DNA of 58,282 nucleotides, filler included, from Sphacelaria rigidula (GCA_964200075.2; 5 parts of 5 records of this genome joined end to end with filler, not necessarily neighbours in it); one strand, 5' to 3'; numbered from the whole stretch's first letter, positions 23,356 to 35,123 are shown. Program-made: numbers and translations. The notes: generated by a model from the sequence alone, not told the origin.

Positions 23356-26300
23356 AAAAAAAAGAAACACAGATGCAACCGAAGGACTCAATGGCGCAGT
23401 AGGAGAACCACCCTGTCTCAACCCAAACAATGATAAAAAAAAAAAAAAAAAACGAAACAAAAAATAATACAATTATTTGAGTACGGCAAGCGACAAATGT
23501 ATCACGATTCGGACGAATCATCGGCGGTTCGAATAACTATATTTACGAATTTTCAGGCCTTATTGCTCGAAAGAGAGAGAAAGTTTAACCGCTAGTCAAA
23601 AAGGCCTCCACGCGATTCTTGGGCCATTCCACGTGCCTGGGCTGCGCGTACCTGGGTTGCAACGCTGAAAACATAGCCTAAGGATTGATTCATACGGTAC
23701 AAATCAATTGCACTAAACCCAAGTAATTTCCAGATAAACTTTGGGGTGTATCATACACGATGCTCACACTCCGGATCACTCGTAGGTATTTAGTTTTGCA
23801 AGTTGCAACTATTAGAAGTTACTCAAGGTATGAATAGTAGCTCGCTCGACAACTACAGGCTGGCTCACGCCCATCGCCCAAAATTATGTCATCAGCAAAT
23901 GCCTTTTGCGCACCAATCCACAAGTCGCTTACATGATATCATACTGACCGCCATGGACAGCTGAAGAGCGTGACATAGCCGGATTTGTGTTCAAGGCCAT
24001 AGTGGCGGCGCCAAGGACGAAAAGATGCCCCGATTCATCAGCGCCCTTCAAAATGTTCTGAAACAGAAAATACGAATGCCAAGCCCAATATTCACCCGAT
24101 CTTTTCATGCTTTCAATTGTGAAAACCGCCATGAGCTCGAGAATCTAACGGGGAAAACATTATTTGAAACTGGTTACTACGGGGTCGAATTATACCCGAA
24201 ACCGTGGTGTTCCGGTAACGTCGAATTTTGGCGTTGTCTACTTTCTACTCATGATACGCAGGAAAGATCCAGGGAACCTGGTAACGACTCCTCCTATATC
24301 TGTCGTAGAAAAGCTCAGATCGCCCTCAGACTTGGCAGTTCTGCACGTATTTGATTGTTTAAACGGAAAAATGTATCTTGACAATATTCCAAGGTTTCTC
24401 CGGTTACTACCGGCTTCCGGAGGTACCATTGTGAAGACCCTCGGTAGGCGGTACCGAATGCCGACAAAGGAAAAAAAAAAACGAAGCGCCCCGGGGTAGT
24501 CCAAAAAACATGTGTACCAAATTTTGTCGAGAAACTCGAGGACGTCATACAGTTTTTCTCGTCTTTACGTTGAATACACCAAAAAAATACGTTTTCATAC
24601 TAAAACCAAGTTGTTAGGAGTGTGCACGTTTCGAGCTCACGTCATCGCATAAACGCGTGAAACTCCACGCCGTTTCTACTTGTTAGACCCTGAACTTTAC
24701 ACAAATGTCCTATGGGTCATTACGCAGCTTTCGACGGACGAGTGTTTTATACTTCCTTCTTATTTCACCATTTTTCGGGGGTCCGACGGCATCCAAGTTT
24801 CCCCCAGAACCCTCGGACCCCCGAAAAACGGTGAAAGAGGTCGGAAAGTACACAAACTTCGACCTTCGAAAGCTGCGTAATAATCCATAACAAAATCGGA
24901 CAACATTTCAGGGTCTTATTTCAAAATATGGCGTGAAGTTTAGTGAATGAGTGTTTTTGCGTTGTGAGCCTGAACCAGCCTAAAGTTGCACAGGTTTCTG
25001 CCCGAGTAGATGTTAACACTCAACTAGTTGCACAGCATTTCGACCAGTTGGTCGCTTGCACGCAACTGACAATCAGTTGTCATTGTCTGGGGGGGGGGTG
25101 GGGGGGGTTGTCGTTCCATCTATTCTGGACGCCGGTCTACACCTTTCGGTATATGTGGGCGCGCCAGCCGGGGTCACACAGGAGGAAGGTCAACACCGGA
25201 GATTGTTTGTTTTTAGTACTCCACCTTCCCTCTGCGGTGTTTGCCTATATTTTCGATCGCGAGAGGGGTTCGGCAGTCACTCCCGTTCCCTCGTCGATCG
25301 TTAACTCGAATTTTGTGTACCCACGACGTAGTCGCTCTCCACTGTTAGGCATGGTGTGAGAAAAAAATCCCAGATCGCTCGGAGATTTGAACCCACGACC
25401 CAACCGTCAGAGGGTTTCGAGGTTACCAACTGAGCCACCGGGGCGTGGGTGGTGTGACGATCTTAAACGGGATATGCATATTCACGAGCCGGTCCAGGCA
25501 ACGTAACTTGTTTTTGGCCGACAAGTGACGAGCAGCAGCCCAAGGTGTCTCTTATTACTCGAGTAGGAACAGTGCTCCGTCTCGAAATGACGAAGGCCGT
25601 GTCTTGTCCAATTACTTCCGTGTCGAAAACGTGCGGTCGAATCGAATTCGCTCGTTTCTGATTCGTCCACGCTATATATCTTCTCAGATGGTTGAGAACA
25701 AGAACGCCGTGGACGTATCAGGTACGAGCAAATTCGATTCCACCCCACGCTTTCGAGTCGAAAACAATTGGATAAGACATGGTCGAAGGCAAGCAACAAA
25801 TGAGTAGGCCCAATCCCCCCTTTTTCCAAGGGATAGCACTCGCCAACTGTGGTTTCCTCACCGATAAGGCGATGTGGGCTCTGGTGTTCATTTCGGATCC
25901 CGATGTTGGGGTCGGCCAGAAGACATGCAATCGACGAGAAGACCAAGAAATAGAAGCCCCCGATGATGTAGAACAGTTGGTGCTTGGGAAACATGTCCAC
26001 CAGCTTGTTGTACACAAACACCTGACACACACATACGGATACATATAGAGAATGTACACATGAACATGTGTGCGTTTTGAACGTGAAAAACAAAAAAAAT
26101 ACACCCACAAAAAAGTCATCATCTGCCAGCTTCAGGAGTGCAGAATTGTAAGCTTTGATCAAGGTCTCGGTATTGTCATTTTATCGATCGGCCGGTCATT
26201 ATCCATCATCAGAAATACTTATTTTTGGAGGTATTTCACATCTTGGACAGAATGTATGGTCAAATGTTGCAATAGACAACAAATGTAGTGCATAAAGTAC

Positions 26301-29300
26301 AGGCCTATTAGGACTGTTGTCGGCCGACAATAGTCCCAATCGGACTATAATTCACGCAGTATATTTTTCGTCTATTGCATCTTTTGACCATCTTGTCTTT
26401 CCCTTGTCCAAGAAAATAAAACTCAACCATCCAACCATCCAACCATCCATCCAACCAACTAAAAAACAGTTAATTTATTTTAAAAAATCATGATTTTTGT
26501 ATACGCCGACAATAGTCGCAATAGGCCTACACTTGACGGAGTGCGTATCTTGTCTATTGTAACTATTGACCATGTATTGTCCAAGGTGTGCAGTATTTTC
26601 GAAACAGTGCCTGGCGATCGGAGAATGTCGTCTTTTCATGAGTTTCTTTGTTTTGCTATTTTCTCCGACAAGAACTCGGAAAGGACCAAAAACAAAGTAT
26701 AGCCGCATCCGTACGGAAACTGTACGTTGGAGAGATCAGATAAGTGCGCTGGGATTTTGTCGGAGAATACGGCCAGTCTTTTTCGACGTAGCATACTCCG
26801 TCAAGCTCAGCATCACATGTACTTGAAAAAGTGTGCACGATCCAGATGGACTACCCTTTCGAGATCGAAATGGCCCTAACGGCGGTGAGGGCCGATCGGG
26901 AATCGGCATCACTTTCATCTGCGAGACGACTGAAAATTATGCTATTCACAACTGCACCCTGGGTCAGATCAGCTCCTTACCCCTGTGTAGTGTGGATCCG
27001 GTACCAAAAGGGTCAACATAGTCAAATTATAACTAATAATAGGATTTGTTTTGCATACATAAAACGAGGGGTTGGTCTCAGTAAGACACACAAATGAACA
27101 AAGGAAACAAGAGCTAAAAGACAATTAACCTCGTGGGATGGGGTGGGGGGACGAGGGGAACAAAAAACAAAAATGACGGGAAATATGAGAAAATTGGAAT
27201 ACAAAAGTACAAACTAAAACGTCGAAAACACAAAAAAAAAAGACAAGAAATTATCTTACCAGCACAAAGACAACGACGAGTGACATAATCTTGCACTTGG
27301 GTATGTACTTCGTTCCCATCGTTGCAATCACGATGGCATCCTTTAACGATCGGAGCAACCAATACCTGTGGTCACACACAAAATACACAAAAACGACAGC
27401 AAGAACAAGAACAGCACCGAACCAAAACTGCACGTCAGACAGTCAGACAGTCCGTCAGAGAAACGCATGTAATGGATCCGGATTTTTTGGAGCATGACCG
27501 AGTCGTCAGGGCATTGATGTCGATACCTGCATCACACAACAAGCAGGAACGTTTCAAGAATCGGACGAATGAACGATTGGTCTGGAAATTACTTGATTTT
27601 AGTCTAATTGATTCGTACCGTACGAATCAATACTCAGGCTTTGTTTTCAGCGTTGCAGCCCAGGTACGCGCAGCTCAGGAACGTGGAATAGCGCGAAAAT
27701 TGCATGGAGACCTCCTTCACCCATGATCAACTTCTGTTTCTCTTTCGAGCAACCGGGTCTGAAAAAGCGTGGATTTGGTGATTCGAACCGAGGATGATTC
27801 GTCCGAACCGTGTAACGTTTCGAAAATATCCACGGGTGCGTTAGGTACGGCATTTCCCACATCCTGGTATTGTGCAAAACCATATTTGAAGTACCCAAAA
27901 CCCGGGTATAGTATTGGTACAATTTGGTATCGTGAAAAATCGTATTCAAAGTACCCGGAACCCGGGTATAGTGTTGATTCTACATTTCGGTATCTTTGAA
28001 AATCGTAGTCAAAGGACCCAAAACCTGAGAATAGTGTTGATACTACATTCCGGTGTTGTGAAAAATCGTGTTCGAAGTACCCGACACCCGGGTATAGTAT
28101 CGATACTGCATTTCTCTATCTTGAAAAATCATATTCGGAGTACCCAACAAACGGGTATAGAAATGAGACTACAGTTCGGTATTTTGAAAAATCGTATTCG
28201 AAATGCCCAATGTTGACTTTCAAAAAGCGTATTTAAAGTACCAATAATTCGAGTAGAGTATTGAGATCATACTCGACAATACCCAGATGTTGGGTAGAGT
28301 ACGTATTGCGATCGATCTAACTTTACCCACTTGTTGGGTAAAGGTGGTAGATTGGACCATCGCAACCCAAATATCGGGAGAGTAAAGTACCCGGGTGTTT
28401 ACCCCACCCAACGCACCCTTGAAAACACCCAAACGAAGTAGACGACATGGTCAGAGAAGCGTAGTTGGATGAATTGCTCTTCTCTCTTGAGGGGGTGAGG
28501 GTTCCTGAGCTCCACTGCTTTTGCCGATGGCAGGCAGGACAGTAATTTGATTTCTGACCAACGTCGCAATTTCTTCGAGGAACAGTCAAAGATTCGAGGA
28601 AATGCGCACGTACACGCACACACACACGGACAGATTTCTGGGTCCGTTTCTGCACTTTTACGTTATTGTGGGTATCAACCGCAGACAACTCCAAAATTCT
28701 TCTCCAAGGTCAAACTGCCTGCACCGGAAAAATGAACACCAGAGTGTGCCGTAATACTCTCGGATATCAAGAGCAGGAAAGTCATTCCGAGGTGGCACTA
28801 TTACCCACTAGACTGCCTTCCTATTGCGAAAAGCGTCGCGGAACAGGAAGAAAGAAAAATTCAGATAATGTTTCTTCATTTTTTTTTGGCTCTCACTTCC
28901 AACCCCTCCTCTCCCTCGGGACGAATCCGTGGTCTCAAGATCAACTCCTCCTCTTCCCCAGTACATGCCCCATTACACTTTCGTCTGACGGTTTGGACAA
29001 TGACCAAACTCAGCCAAGTGGGGTATTTTCGGTACTGACGTCCTTATGCCTCCAACGACTTAAACCAGATACTTACTAGATGGAAACAAAGAAAACATGA
29101 TGAAGCTGGCGGGGATCGAACTCGCGTTTTCCCTGCCCTTATGGTGTCAGTTGTATCATTTTTATTTAGAACACCGGGGGGGGGGGGGGCGCAACGGCCG
29201 GATTAGTTGAAGAAGTAAATTCAGGCGGAGGTGGGAATTTCCTGCCCCCCCAAACGGGGGTAACGGGAGTGTGATATCCAAAGGCATATTTTTGTGTTTT

Positions 29301-31938
29301 ACCCGTGCTCTCGCAGGGTTCTAGTTGGCAAAACAGTCGCCAAGACGTCTCGAAAATGCCGACCAGAAAAGGGCACTCTTCTCCAAAGTGTTTCCTGTTC
29401 TTCAGCAAGCGACGTCCACAAGATCCCGGCAGTTACTTGATCGCAACGCCGCGAGCCTGTGATCCAATTGTACAACTGCCATCTAGGGTCGAAGCTCATC
29501 AAAGAACGGCGGCGCGTGAGCTGCGCCAAGATGACACGGTGTTCTCGTGGGTCGGACGCGCACACTGGGCTGAGCAAAGCTCGCGAACACTCCAGGCGCC
29601 TAATCTACATGACTCGGCAGTTATTTGATTGCAACGCCGCGAGGCGGTGGTCCAATTGTACAACTACCAACTGCGGCCGAAGGCCATTAAAGAAGAGCGG
29701 TGCGTGCACTGCGCCAAGTTGACACGGTGTTCCAGTGGGTCGGACCAGCACACTGCGCTGAGCAGAACTTGCGAACGCTCGAGGCGCCTACTCTTCATGA
29801 CTGGCGTGAGGCAGTCAAGCCAAGCCCTGGGTTAATCGGCACACGATTTCAAGTATGCGCGCTTCGCCTCGTTCATCCTTGTACCCCCTTGCCCGAAGGT
29901 TCTTGGAATACCCCGTGTAGGAGTTTTAGGTTTAGGGTTAGGGTTGAAATGTATCAACCTTAGTTACTTTTGGAGAAGAATTGGAGTGAACCTTCCTCGG
30001 CGAAGCAGGGCCACCCCATACCGGTGTGTACTGCACAGTACTCAGCCCGGCGTAGTTGGCAAAGCGACGTGCCTTCTAGCTCACACCACACTGGGCTCGC
30101 TTGCTCCACACCAGCGCAGGGAGGGTGAAGGACGGATCGATCTTCAGTTGCCTGAGAGTTAACGGTCTACGTTCGTTAGGGTTACGGCTAGGGTGAGGAA
30201 CAGCCTGTAGGAAGGTCCATTACCCCTGGAAGGTCAAAAGGTTTCTTCAGAGTGCCGGTGATCAGTGATGGGGTGTGTTCTCATGATCATGCATGCCATA
30301 GTCATCAGACCCATTGACCTCGCATCCTTACAAAGCCGTGACAGAGCACGCCGGGTTTTCACCGGACCAGGCTCGCCATCGATCACCAGGGGCGAGACGA
30401 CGTGGTGTGTTCGGCTAGTCGCATGAGGGGTGAGCTGCATCCTGCCAAGATTGTTCGGCCCGATGCCTACTGATTGTCTTGCATTTGGATAACAGCCTAC
30501 AAAGAGTTACCTCATTTTCTGGCATCGCCACTTCCCGAGATAGCCCTGGCTTATACCCTGCCTCATGGGTGTCTCACCATGGGCGGAAACAACTTCGCGT
30601 TTGCATGAGAAATAGTGTGTGCTGTGTTTTTGTAACAAACGGCGTAGCGTTTGCTTGGTAGGGAACGGGCGGGACGAGACGGAACGAAGCGAAGCGACAC
30701 CAATCGACATCGCAGCCTGACACGCAATGAATTACAAGTTCTCCATGTTTTGATTGACATATCCTTCGTATGCGACGAGTTTCGGACAGTTGTAACAAGA
30801 GCATTTCGTGTAGGAACACTAAGCCACAAAAAGTTTGCAATTGCCTACATAGAGGACTCGCTGTAGAATGACCATATAGTATATCACCGTCAAAAATGTT
30901 CACCTTACAGGAGACATACGCAACGGGTGGGTTCTACGTTGACCACGACAGAAGGGGCCGGCTTTGAAGAAATTGAAAAACAGGGTCAGCATGAGATTCT
31001 CATCCGATGAAAAGGTTGACCATGGCCTACCGTAATAGACTTCATGAAGTGGAGTGGTTATCGCTGGAGCTGAGCACTTCCTCATGTTCTTGGAATTGTT
31101 GACCTGATATTCTTAAAATTCCGTTTCTTGTGAGGGGGTCGCCAGTGTAGACGCTTGAAACAAACCCCCTAGTTTGAAACAATGTATATGGATGATGACT
31201 TAGGGGTGGCAGGATGACACTGCACTTCTGGTCACGGGTGGTCATGACGCTAGCAAACATCGATAAGCCGCTGCTCAGCTTTGTGACTCAGAGGCTTTCC
31301 GGCCTTGGAGGTCAATTTAAAAATTACGTTTTCAAAGGAGGTCCAGCCTTAGTGCCCGAGGGGTTTTGTTGTCTAATGCCATGGCTGCAAAGCAAAAATA
31401 CCATCCCTTTTTCCCGGTATGTATGTAACCTTCGTTGTAATAAAACAAAAATGAAGACCTCAGACAAAAATATGGAGGATCAAATCGTACCCAGATCTGA
31501 GGTTTATGGATCGGGAAGAATCTTCACCATGATACACAGCTGTTGGCGACCGGAGAGTAGTAAAATACGAATGGAGCAATAAATACTGTAATCGGATATG
31601 CATGATTGTTCTGGTCACCGGAGGAAAGCAGATGTTTTGTGGCCCAACACTCTCCACTCACCCTCCAATGATGAAGAACAAGGTCCCCGCCAGCCAGGCC
31701 ACGCGAAACCGATCTTTCGGCTGCAAATTGCCGTACAGTCCCGTCACGATGCGATCCACTATCCCAGGCCGCTCTCCACCGCCGTCGCCCATCTTCTGCC
31801 ATTCTTGATCAGCTAAATAAGGCCTCCCCGTTCTGTCCACCTCCGCAGAGGGTGCTGCTGTGCCGCTGCTGTCCCCCGGTGCCGAGGAGCCGAGCCCGGT
31901 TATGACGGCTGGCGTTGCTGGTGTTCTTGTTGTAGATG
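23356..31938 (-). CDS. TLC/NTT family ATP/ADP (nucleotide) transporter, partial; exons 31938-31662, 27365-27260, 26021-25862, 23412-23356
   Basis: Phase-compatible GT-AG splicing (phases 2, 0, 1) gives ...LAGTLFFIIGG-YWLLRSLKDAIVIATMGTKYIPKCKIMSLVVVFVL-VFVYNKLVDMFPKHQLFYIIGGFY...HRLIG-WFSYCAIESFGCICVSFF, the N-terminal half of the TLC family (Y.LLR.LKD, Y.KL, ESFG). 3' end lost at the contig break. Confidence 0.9.
23490..23740 (+). repeat. dispersed repeat family C (also 27585-27820 inverted, 38130-38300 inverted, 40195-40320)
   Basis: Shared core CCATTCCACGTGCCTGGGCTGCGCGTACCTGGGTTGCAACGCTGAAA...GATTGATTC.TACGGTAC in four places. Confidence 0.8.
24660..24940. repeat. degenerate foldback inverted repeat in an NTT intron
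   Basis: ...TTACGCAGCTTTCGA...TTCACCATTTTTCGGGGGTCCGA pairs with TCGGACCCCCGAAAAACGGTGAA...TCGAAAGCTGCGTAA. Confidence 0.75.
25108..25445 (-). mobile_element. tRNA-derived SINE, full length
   Basis: Reverse strand starts CGCCCCGGTGGCTCAGTTGGTAA (A box)...GGGTTCAAATCTCC (B box), followed by a roughly 260-bp body shared with three other copies. Confidence 0.88.
25596..25784. repeat. about 190-bp imperfect hairpin in an NTT intron
   Basis: GTGTCTTGTCCAATT...GTCCACG pairs with CGTGGAC...AATTGGATAAGACAT; inner stem TTCTCA/TGAGAA. Confidence 0.8.
26240..26590. mobile_element. small MITE-like family (related copy 43007-43150)
   Basis: Inverted ends CTTGGACA....TATGGTCAA and TTGACCAT.....TGTCCAAG; internal GACAATAGT.GCAATAGGCCTACACTT shared with 43066-43091. 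Confidence 0.6.
27860..28210. repeat. 63-bp minisatellite, about 5.5 diverged units
   Basis: Unit GTACCC...ACCCGGGTATAGT.TTGATACTACATT.CGGTAT..TGAAAAATCGTATTC.AA at about 27891, 27951, 28014, 28077 and 28140. Confidence 0.9.
29430..29810 (+). repeat. diverged tandem duplication with about 190-bp period
   Basis: GTTA.TTGAT.GCAACGCCGCGAG...TCCAATTGTACAACT...CTGCGCCAAG.TGACACGGTGTTC...CATGACT occurs twice (29431 and 29621). Confidence 0.85.
30270..30581 (-). mobile_element. oligo(C)-ended element, family A, about 310 bp (probable full unit)
   Basis: Colinear with 35124-35434 and similarity stops at the same GTCTCACCATG; shorter copies at 31985-32079, 39431-39452 and 57347-57452. Confidence 0.85.
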
Positions 31939-31984
31939 CTGCAGGGACGGCAGCGGCGGTTGAAGGACAAGTGGGTGAGCGGGT

Positions 31985-32079
31985 GAGGGGGGGATGGGGT
32001 GGGAGATGCAATCAAGTTCTCGCGTGCCGTAGTCGGAAGACCGTTGACTTTGTATCCCTACAAAGCCGGGACGGAGCAC
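31985..32079 (-). mobile_element. diverged truncated family A-like copy just upstream of the first visible NTT exon
   Basis: G-run followed by ...CCGTTGACTTTGTATCCCTACAAAGCCGGGACGGAGCAC. Confidence 0.7.
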
Positions 32080-32397
32080 TACGTTTCCATTCTTAACAGT
32101 GCGTCGATCAGGTAAGAAGGGCTACTTTGAAAAATTATGTGGAAAATCGCGCTGCTGAAAAACGGCTCTTCTGATAACTTGCTTTTTATATATTAGAAGT
32201 AGACTTGAATGTGGTCGAGATAATTATGATGTTATGATGCAGTGCTGCAACGATAACTTGGAATGTGAGGTGTGGTGGGGAGAGCGCGAAATTGCTGCAA
32301 TAATACCATACCTATACCATGGTCATTCAAACTCACTCGTGTTTATTGAAGCACCATCTTCTGGGATTCTAAAATTCATTGCAAAGTTGAAGTTTCA

Positions 32398-33174
32398 CTA
32401 CGAGCTGGGCCAGCCAAGAGTAGGTGTGAATCTGGCTCAGGCGATGCACGGCGTGGTTTTACGAGTTGGACGCTGAAATTTTGACAGCAGCTTTTTGTGA
32501 TCGCAATGCAGAATATTACGTGAGCAGCAGAGAAAAAAAGAAAAAAAGGAAGTTGTGGGGATTCGAAATTTCAGCAAAAACAAGATAATGTCATGAGGCC
32601 AACTCTTATGAAGGTGTTTGAAATTTTATTTTGCAACAATTTCAGGGGAGTTTTTTTTTTTTGTCATCATGGTGAACGGCACAAAATACACAACTACGGC
32701 AGAGAAAAGAAAAAAGTCGTTCAAAATTATTGCAAAATAAAATTTTAAACGCTCCCATAAGAGTTGGCCTAAGTGCAGGGAAAAAATGGGAGTCTGCAGC
32801 TGCTCACGTGATATTTCATTTCCTCGGGTGCAGAAGGTCTTCCTGAAATTTCAGCTCAAGAGCCGTCCAATTGGGCCGTGCGTGCAACATTTTGCGGGAC
32901 GCTGCTGCACCCCTATATTCCAAGTGATGGGAGACTCTAATTATTGAGGTCATGAGTTCGAATCCCGACAGATTCTCTTTTATTTTTCGTCCGTCGTTGA
33001 GGCTATATATTATGCAGTACATTTTTCATTTTTCCTTCATTTAGCGGCGGTGCCGTGTGTTACGAGGTTGGTCTACACTTCACAGTGATATGCTTACATT
33101 GGGTTCATTCGGGAAACTGGGGAAGCTGTGGTGTGAGCAAGTTCTAGCAGCTTTTAAGCTGGCCCAGCTCGTAG
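32398..33174. mobile_element. non-autonomous DNA transposon, 17-bp perfect TIR, 4-bp TSD TTCA
   Basis: TTCA-CTACGAGCTGGGCCAGC ... GCTGGCCCAGCTCGTAG-TTCA; nested internal inverted repeat at 32596-32642 and 32724-32770. Confidence 0.85.
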
Positions 33175-33179
33175 TTCAT

Positions 33180-33404
33180 GTGGCATGTTCATGACGTTTC
33201 ATGTAACGTGAAACGTAACATGTAACGTCTAATGCACGCGTAACGTGTAATAGACGTTATACGTTACGTTACGTATGTCACGTTATAAAATTGAACGTTA
33301 CGTTAACGTTTATTTGAAAATTGAACGTTCACGTTACGTTTCGGCCAAAACGTAACGTGAACGTAACGTGTAACGCTGTGGCATGTGTCACGTGTAGACC
33401 CCTG
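33180..33404. repeat. ACGTT/AACGT-rich subterminal array ending in a hAT-like terminus
   Basis: Dense TAACGT/ACGTTA motifs ending ...GTGTAGACCCCTG (reverse complement CAGGGG...); partner end not found. Confidence 0.5.
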
Positions 33405-34161
33405 CAATTTTTGTAACCTCGGGGATGAGCGAATCGGAAAAATAGGCGAGACTCTTCTCAGTGAGATGAAACAAAGGTATCCAAGACGAGTGATGGCGAT
33501 ATCACCTGTTCAAGGGCCAGAAACTGTGTAAAATATCCCCCAACTTAGATATCCAACCAGAAAAAATCCAAGTGTCATAAGAGATATCTCCACTTGGTTT
33601 CGCTGCTGTCGCCAGTGGTAGGGTATTCATATCCCGCACTCTATATGAGAAAGGTAACCGCAAGCTCGACTCCGCAGTACTCCGTGTTATCATAACTCTT
33701 GGTTGATACACGTCAATCTTCAACATGGTTATCTTACGGCAAAATAACTCAGACCAACCCGTATTGGGCCCGTCCAGAATTAAAGTTGCACCCGATAGTA
33801 ACCGAAACGTGAAAAAACAACCATAATTAGAACAAAAGCAGTGACGGTTTTGAACGAATATGACACCCACATCTTCAATTTTTGGGTGCCCAGGCAGCGT
33901 GCGGGTTTCTGATACAAATGGGCAAACCATTTCGAGCGCCTGACCAAACGAGGAGCTCTCAAAAATGGGGTGAAGTACTAAACTATGAGACATGTCACGT
34001 TTTAGTGTATTGCAGCACAAACACACCCGTACCCTCCCTTATATACTGTCGCTGTTTCTGTACTGTGTGGTGCTTGAATCTTGCGAAGATGGTTCGGTCT
34101 GCGCTGCGATTGCTCGAGCTGCCGTACTTCTGTTATATCTCGCTCCTTACAAAACAACAGT

Positions 34162-34466
34162 TAACAACGTTTCCGTGAGATTGAGAGTAGAGCGTTGATT
34201 GAGAGTGGGTTTGAGCATTCGCTTCAAGTTGCTCGACAATTTTTTCATTCTGTGTGTACTTTCTTTGCTTGTAAGACTGGTGTGTGCTCACAGCTACACA
34301 CTCATATCCTACGCAGGGGTATCAGGGGCTTCAGCGGTGAGTTACTACATAAAGAGTATCGGGGCTCGTGGAGGGTCATTTCGGAACTGAAACGATTTAT
34401 TCATTAATGGAATGCTTCTCACCCCCAATCGTATCCTCTACTCTCAATCTCACGAAAACACTGTTA
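34162..34466. mobile_element. MITE of about 300 bp (related tandem pair at 57612-58180)
   Basis: Inverted ends TAACAACGTTTCCGTGAGATTGAGAGTAGAG and CTCTACTCTCAATCTCACGAAAACACTGTTA; body matches 57612-57885 and 57910-58180 in reverse. Confidence 0.8.
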
Positions 34467-34931
34467 GTTGCAGAAGGAACGAATTGCTGTCTAGTCAAAC
34501 TTTAAAATGTCACCATGTGCTTGTTGGATGCTACAGTAGTCAGCATCAGAAGTTTTCAGAATTCGTAGTTGTTGTATTTTTTTACTTCTTCTGGAGTAAT
34601 ATTGTTCACTACTACTTGAAAGAGCTAGCGCCGCTAGAGTTAGGGAGAAAGCGTATGCCGCGCTCAAACTGCAGTGCTCAAGTTGGTGTTTTTGGGGCGA
34701 TGAGGACTCGACACCCGTTTACCAGGAGGGTGTTATTGATCTTTTTTGGTCCAACATAAGCAGTTTTCCTGCTCTTCAGCGGCGAAACCAAGGGCGCTCA
34801 GAAAAAAAAAATGTGAACCCCCCCCCCCCTCAGCACCTCCTGATTTCAAAAACTTTTTGCTCAAACTGAACACTTATTTCTGAGCCTTTGGGGCGCCAGT
34901 GCTCAGCAAGACGTTCCCGGAATGGTATAGA

Positions 34932-35031
34932 NNNNNNNNNNNNNNNNNNNNNNNNNNNNNNNNNNNNNNNNNNNNTTAATTAATTAANNNNNNNNNNNNN
35001 NNNNNNNNNNNNNNNNNNNNNNNNNNNNNNN
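34932..35031. other. artificial contig linker 3
   Basis: Identical 100-nt linker. Confidence 0.99.
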
Positions 35032-35123
35032 CCTCCCCGACCGCCTGAAGAATGAGGTCCGCAGATTAGGGGAGGGGGAGGGAGGGGGGGGGGGGGGGAG
35101 AGGGGGGGGGAGAGGGGGAGAGA

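Noticed and set aside
27860-28210. CRISPR array
   Set aside because: Whole units are homologous with no unique spacers; eukaryotic context and no cas genes.
30270-30350. Hammerhead, twister or HDV-like ribozyme in family A
   Set aside because: CTGATGA occurs in one copy only and lacks the GAAA partner; the twister pseudoknot pairs and HDV L3 loop could not be satisfied by eye.
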